From assembly GCA_049999805.1 (NCBI GenBank), contig JBNGIO010006345.1, positions 62,001 to 82,092 on the forward strand: a stretch of 20,092 bases of DNA. Direction: 5' to 3'. Below are positions 14,147 through 20,092 of the stretch, piece after piece. The position numbers were made by a program, and so were the translations under genes. Origin of the DNA: Folioceros fuciformis. Its lineage: Eukaryota. How positions within the stretch are numbered: position 1 is the stretch's first letter; each line of letters begins with the position of its first letter. The notes beneath the pieces were generated by a model that did not search any database, was not told the DNA's origin, and worked only from the letters and a program-made list of their open reading frames with translations.

Positions 14147-16367
14147 ATGGCGCTGCGCCTGTGCGCTGGCGCCATGGCCACTCCGCGAGTACTGACGCCC
14201 GAGCGCCTGACCGCGCCTTGTCTCGCTCCAGCGACCGTGCCCTGCCGGCGGGTTGTGTGCCCTGGCCGATGCACCGTCCTGCTGCCGCATTCCACTGCGG
14301 CGATGCAGCTGGATCGGGTGGAGCAGCCGACGGATGAGGATCTCGGCGGCGACAGCGGAGACGACCTGCCAGAGCCGGCGTCCAAGGATCTGGTCACTCT
14401 GCCTCGTAAGTGCGAGAGCGAGCCTTGGACCGTGGGACAGAGGTGAATGTGCATGCGTCGTCTCACCATGTTTTGCACTGCCAGGGCCCTTGTCGGTGAT
14501 GGATTTGGCCTTGCCTCCACGGCACGGCTCACAGCTCAGAGTGGCTTATCAGGTGCGACTTGATGAGATTTCACCGTGGCTGTGACGGATCACTTGACCC
14601 TGGATGTCTCAGGGCTTTGTGTTGAGAATTGGAGGTTGTGCATGCAGGGAGTTCCGGGCGCCTACAGTGAGGCTGCAGCTGCTAAGGCCTACCCGCAGTG
14701 CGAAGCGGTTCCTTGTGAGCAGTTCGAGGCTGCGTTCCAGGTATTTGGTAGTGTCTGCTGTCAGTTAGCTGGTTTCTCTGTTTGTTACGGTGCTTCATAC
14801 CCGTGAGCGGTGTGCGTTCGCAGGCTGTGGAGCTGTGGTTGGTTGACAGAGCCGTGTTGCCTATTGAGAACTCGTTAGGTGGAAGCATCCACCGTAATTA
14901 CGACCTGCTGCTGCGGCATCGCTTGCACATTGTGGGAGAAGTTCAGATTGCTGTGCACCACTGTCTTCTTGGCATTCCTGGTGTAAAGAAAGAGGAGTTG
15001 CGTCGTGTTATCAGTCATCCGCAGGTTCGGCTTTTGTTCTATCGGGTTTCTTGCCTCATTTGTCTACATTTTTTTCGTGCCTAGTGTTCTTGAGCCGATG
15101 GCTGTGGTGACAGGCGCTCGCGCAGTGTGAGCAAACGCTCTCGAAGTTGGGTGTGATAAGAGAGGCAGTTGATGACACAGCAGGCGCAGCCCAGGTCCAT
15201 GCGTTGCAGAAACCTGTGCATTCGCCTAATCTAGCATGTGTCAAACAGATGTCTGCTGTGGAACCACAGCCAACGTAAGGCCCACATGTTCCCGGCTCCT
15301 GGCAGCTGATTGGCAAATCGCTTTTGTCTCGCAGTTCGTTGCTGCTCATAATCTTCGGGACACAGGTGCTGTTGCAAGCTCACGGGCTTCGGTCATCTAC
15401 GGCCTAGATATTCTTGCTGATGGCATTCAGGTGCTCTCGTTACTGTCAGTGGTAATGACGTCCTTTCTGCTGGCTAGAGACAGATGGCCGCCCCCAAAGT
15501 GTCTTTGAGGTATAAGAACGTTGTTGGTCTTACTCGATGGTCCTGTTCCCATGTGCAGGACGACTCTGACAATGTAACTCGCTTCTTGATGTTGGCGAGA
15601 GAGCCTATCATCCCGAGAACCGATAGGCCATTTAAGGTTCTTTTCTCTTCCATCTTTGATATGTCTCCTCAACTTAGTGTCCCTTTTGTGAGTGTGAAGT
15701 CTCCAGTAGCTGGGAACTGTCTGTCTGCCCCATGACTGACAATTGTCTGTCCATCGGTACAGACAAGCATTGTCTTCACCCTTGAAGAAGGACCAGGTGT
15801 TCTCTTCAAGGCTCTGGCGGCATTTTCTCTGAGAAATCTGAACCTCACAAAGGTGAGTCTTCGACAATTCCTGCACTCCTGGTTTCGTTCCACTTCCAGA
15901 CGTGGTACACGGCATTTGAAAGTTCATCACTAGTAGTGGGATGTTGGGTTGACTTATTTCCTCTCTGCTTTCCGGGGACCACTCTTCAGATTGAAAGTAG
16001 GCCACAACGGAAGCGTCCTCTACGTGTTGTGGACGACAGCAACAATGGCTCTGCGAAGTAACCTTCTCTTCTCAGCTAGTCCTTGTCGTGTTGCTTGCTG
16101 TAGAACATACACTTGTCGTTAAGTGACGCAATTCTTGGCAGGTACTTCGACTACCTGTTCTACGTGGATTTTGAAGCCTCAATGGCTGATCCAAGAGCGC
16201 AGAATGCGCTGGGTAATCTGCAGGTACGTCTACTTTCGTTGGACAGTTCGTGCTTGGATGTATCCATGTACAGCTTCTCATGTGATCTTAATGTGTTGCA
16301 GGAGTTCGCAACTTTTCTCAGAGTATTAGGAAGCTATCCCATGGATGTGAGTCCTGTGGGACCCTGA
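14147..16367 (+). CDS. ADT: Arogenate/prephenate dehydratase, plastid-targeted, ADT1/ADT2-like; exons 14147-14405, 14485-14552, 14648-14740, 14824-15024, 15114-15194, 15335-15430, 15559-15636, 15763-15852, 15990-16057, 16142-16223, 16302-16367
   Basis: [58 protein letters not shown] domain [32 protein letters not shown]. Ten GT-AG introns in frame. Confidence 0.96.
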
Positions 16368-16824
16368 GAGCTGCGTGGACATGTCCCAGACGGAACAGTT
16401 TGGGATAATTTTTTTTGCTTTTAGGTTTTGCGTTCTTCCGTGTACAAGATGTTACCTCACGAGAGATCTCTACGTTCTTCCTATAGTCCACGCCCCGGAC
16501 ACACCGTCTCGTGGACGAAGTTGGGAACAAACTCTGAAGTTACATGCGCTTACTTGCGGAGACCATTTCAGTGCAGCTACATATTTTTCCGATCTACTCC
16601 CTGGACGCACTAGGCCTTGCGAATGTGAACCAGGAGTCAAAAACTCTGAAACCAGACGCCCCGGTTTTCAAAGATGAGGTACATCTGACGCAGTCCCCAT
16701 CAAGATAGATTGATGGTTGGTCTACTGATTTTTCACAATGATTAAACTGCTGAATGGTACATAGTACAGGCCATCTACCTAGTCAAAACAGATCACTGCC
16801 TAACTGAAATGCAGGCTTATTATG

Positions 16825-18856
16825 CTACGAGCACAGGCCACAGAAAATGGTGCCAGGAAATTTACCCGTTCGCCTAATGCGATCGGCTCGCTCGTGGGTT
16901 CTAGCTGCCTGCTCAGCGCGACGGGCCTCCGCCGACGCTCGCATATCTTGTGCCTGCCGACGTGCTGCTGCAAGCTTGTACATGAGCTTCTCATTAGCGT
17001 GTGACCGCACCCTCTCGATCTTCACCTGCACCATCCAAGTAATCAGACCGCAAACCAGAAAGCTCGCACTTTCTATGCAAGTGATTCGACCACGAGGGCT
17101 GCACACCTCAATCCTTCTTAGTTCAGCCTCTGCCTTGGCCTTCTGATGATTTTCCCAAGCCAGTATCCTGGCCTCCTCACGCGTGTACCTGCCCGCAGAC
17201 GTACACATCAGCATGGATAAAGGGGGGTCTCGAGGACAAGGCGACCCTCACGAAAAATGAGACGTGATGGATTTGTAATGCGCAGCCATACCTTGCCAAG
17301 TATTTTGATCGTTCCGCCTCTTCCCACACCGCTGCACGAGACTCGAGTATGTCCTTCTTCACCTCCTCGAGGCTATGCAGTGTCATCGTCTTGGTACCTT
17401 GATTTTCTTCAGACTCCTTGGTTGCCCAAGCAGCGACATTCGCCTTGCCAAGCTGTGCTCCCAACGCCAAAATCTCCTGCCTTGTCTTCACTTGTTTGTC
17501 TGATAGGTCATTGACTTTGGTTTCAGTCTCTGCAATGGCCTGGCCGGCCAAAGAACCTTGAGCTCCGGTTGTTGATCTCGCCGCATGCCTCTTGGGCGTC
17601 GTCGGACGGGACGATGAGGGGCTGCCTAGAGTAGGCGTAGATGCGGCCAGAGGCGTCGCCGTCTTGCTGGCTATGGGAGTCATTTCTGTTCCCATGTCCC
17701 TCATGCAAACAGAGCGGACGGTCACCGTGGACGAATCATACCCACAGTTTTCTGCTTGAACATCGACTGCCACAACACAAAGACGATAAACAGACACACA
17801 TCATTTTGCTGTTCAGAAAGCCTGGTCAAAGAACCAAGAGGTAGTACCTTCTAAAACGTTGTCTGATGTTGGCTTCTCCGTCCTGAGAGTGGGCTTGGAG
17901 GAGTCATCCGAGGACAGGCTTGCTTGTTGTGCCTTACTGACATGGCCCCCCCCTGGCACGTCGTTCAAGGGGTAGCGATCCACTGTCTTGTTCTCTGCCG
18001 CAATCGAGCCTGCTGCGACAGGCACAAAAGAAAATTTGGCTCCACCATCTCCTTGGCTCGAGCTGTACCTAGTATCCACCTTCTTGGTTCGCTCGAAGGA
18101 GGGGCGTGGCGGTTGGTCACTCGACTGCCCAGAATCCTCTCCTGTAGTGGTGAGGTCATCCCCGGAAGACTGGGCATCACTGCTGGCACTGGTCACAGAA
18201 TGGGAGGCACTAGACAAGGGAGCCAGCTTTTGGCCAACGCCAGCACCACCCTGCCGACCCACATGGCTCCCAAACGTCGGCCTCTTCTGCACAGGCGCCG
18301 GATGCTGCCCTACGATGAGATGACCCTGTAGAGGCCCGCTCTTCGCCTTAGGCCTGGAAGGGGTGTCCGCAGCTGATAAGTTCACGAGCCACGGCTCGGC
18401 GTCATCCCACTTAGACGGAGTCGGCTTGGAGAGCGGGCCTAGCAATGCCGACCGGTGCATCCCTCTGCTCTTCAACTCCAGGCTCGCCACACTGCCAGTG
18501 TCATAGTTGCTCTCGCAGTCGAGGGCATCGGAATCAGGCCCCCGTATCAAATGAGTCGCGTTGAAGCTGAAGGCACCGGGCGCACCTGTCAACACACTAC
18601 CACTCTGGAAATTCAGCCGCACGTTGCCTCCTGCCTTCAGCTTGTTCAAACCACTCCCATCCTTGACCCCCACGGGGCCCCGAACACTCGGCATCACGTC
18701 CTGCTCATCCTCTCCAACAAGCTGGGGCCCGGACCCGGTTCTCTGCAACGTACCTGAAGTACCTGCCTTCCTCAACACCGCTTTATCTTTGAAGCCCTTC
18801 CCCCGCTGGTCCTCCAACACATCAGCCACGCCTTTCTCGGAAGAATCGACCCCCAT
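16825..18856 (-). CDS. Remorin family protein with long disordered N-terminus (group-6-like); exons approx. 18856-17848, 17766-17292, 17188-17107, 17025-16825; start codon uncertain
   Basis: PSKWDDAE.WL, RSVCMRDMGTEMTPIAS, KTRQEILALG.QLGK.N.AAWA, and the Remorin_C coiled coil (RAAVWEEAE..KY.ARY.REE..I.AWENHQKAKAEAE.R.IEVKIER). Ends in a Cys-containing anchor FCGLCS. Introns are GT-AG and in phase. Confidence 0.92.
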
Positions 18857-20092
18857 TGTCCAAGACGCTGATGGCTTAACCGCCGATGCAAACGCCACAA
18901 CCTAAAGCGCCTCCATCCACCTAGATGGAAACAACGCTCACATATCCAGAGACTCCTCCCCTGCAGGTCACTACCTGGATAAAACACTCACAGTCACGGC
19001 CTCCCTCGCTCCTCCACAAACCTTCCATCTCCGCACGAAAAGACTTGCTGTCGTCACACACCTCTCGCCGCCTCGAGATTCGTGCCCCTCACGTGTGACT
19101 CCCATACCTTCCTTCCCCTGGCCTCTAAGACGCTGCAACGAGCCTGACTTCCCGACTCCCAAGACTCTCACCACCACCACTCCTCCCTCTTTCCTCTTTC
19201 CTCCTCCCTCCGCATCAAATCTCCCCTCAACAAAAGCTCCGCAACCGCGTCCTCCACTGCTCCTCCTTCCAGAAACCAGTTCAAACGCTTTCCAGAACGC
19301 TTTCCAACTCGCAATGCAAGGCAGCTTCGAATTTAAACCACGCCGCAACCTTGGGCAAATCAGGCCTAAATCAAGACGAGCTCCCCCGGGAGCCTCAGCA
19401 GGTCAACAACTGCACCAAACACCTCCCGAAGAAGCGCTCTGCGGCCGTCTGCCCTACGCCCGGGCCTCCCATACCTTCCGCCTCCACTTCCCGCACAATT
19501 GAGAGCCACGCAATGCAGGAAGCTCCAGAATTGCTCAGGTCGGCCCGATCAAGAAGCAGCAAGGGTGCAACGCCTTTCCCGCCCCAAGAACGTGCACAAG
19601 GCCAGGCAGCAAGATGCAGATGCAGATACAGCGGAAGGACTCCAACGCAAGCCACAAAACAGATCAAAGCAAAGCAGAACCGGGGGCCGGGCGGGGACAG
19701 GGCAGGGCAAGGCAGAGCGGAGGCGAAGGGGCTTGGGAAGGGACGAGGAAAGAAGAAAGCGAGGGGTCGGGTCGTGAGAGGCCGCGAGCTCACGCCCCAC
19801 GAGGAAGCTCGGCCACGAGGAAGGCTGGCGGAGGAAGGAAGACAGTCTGACACCACCGTCGTGGACTGGCAGGCAGTCTGGCCGGCCCGCTCCAGGCCGC
19901 GTGAATCGCGAATCCCAATCCCCGAATCGTGGCTTGAGTCGTGATCCTTGGACTGCCCGACATTTAACCCTCGCGGCATCCTCTGTCTGTCCCTGTTATG
20001 TTGCCGGAGACCGGACCAGGACCCGGTTCCCAGAACTGCTGTCCCATCAGCCGCCGGGAATCTCTCCGTTCCAAACACGATTCTGCTGAGTC

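Noticed and set aside
13903-14532. 209-aa - strand ORF over ADT exon 1
   Set aside because: GC-rich antisense shadow with no domain similarity.
18971-20089. Long GC-rich ORFs on both strands upstream of the remorin
   Set aside because: Low-complexity purine/pyrimidine-rich leader or promoter-like DNA with microsatellite-like runs; no recognisable protein, and no upstream remorin start exon could be supported.

Overview
Gene-dense land-plant nuclear DNA. The lineage is probably a hornwort or similar seed-free plant, inferred from the WW-type PG box of the PPR proteins, short introns and compact intergenic spacing. The left third is a large inverted duplication (arms 1-2603 and 4066-6287, spacer 1462 bp; the left arm runs off the window edge). 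Each arm carries the 3' end of a PLS-class PPR RNA-editing factor that stops just after a WW-type PG box, with no DYW deaminase. Each arm also carries a TATA-driven small secreted-protein gene; the two copies are head-to-head. The promoter and first exon of that gene are identical between arms over 742 bp, while the adjacent repeat region is strongly diverged. The rest of the window holds the full intronless PPR gene (5967-9110, -), intronless SEH1 (-), RNA Pol III subunit RPC31 (7 exons, -), a type-I arogenate/prephenate dehydratase (11 exons, +) and a group-6-like remorin (4 exons, -). No rRNA, tRNA, CRISPR array or intact transposon was seen.
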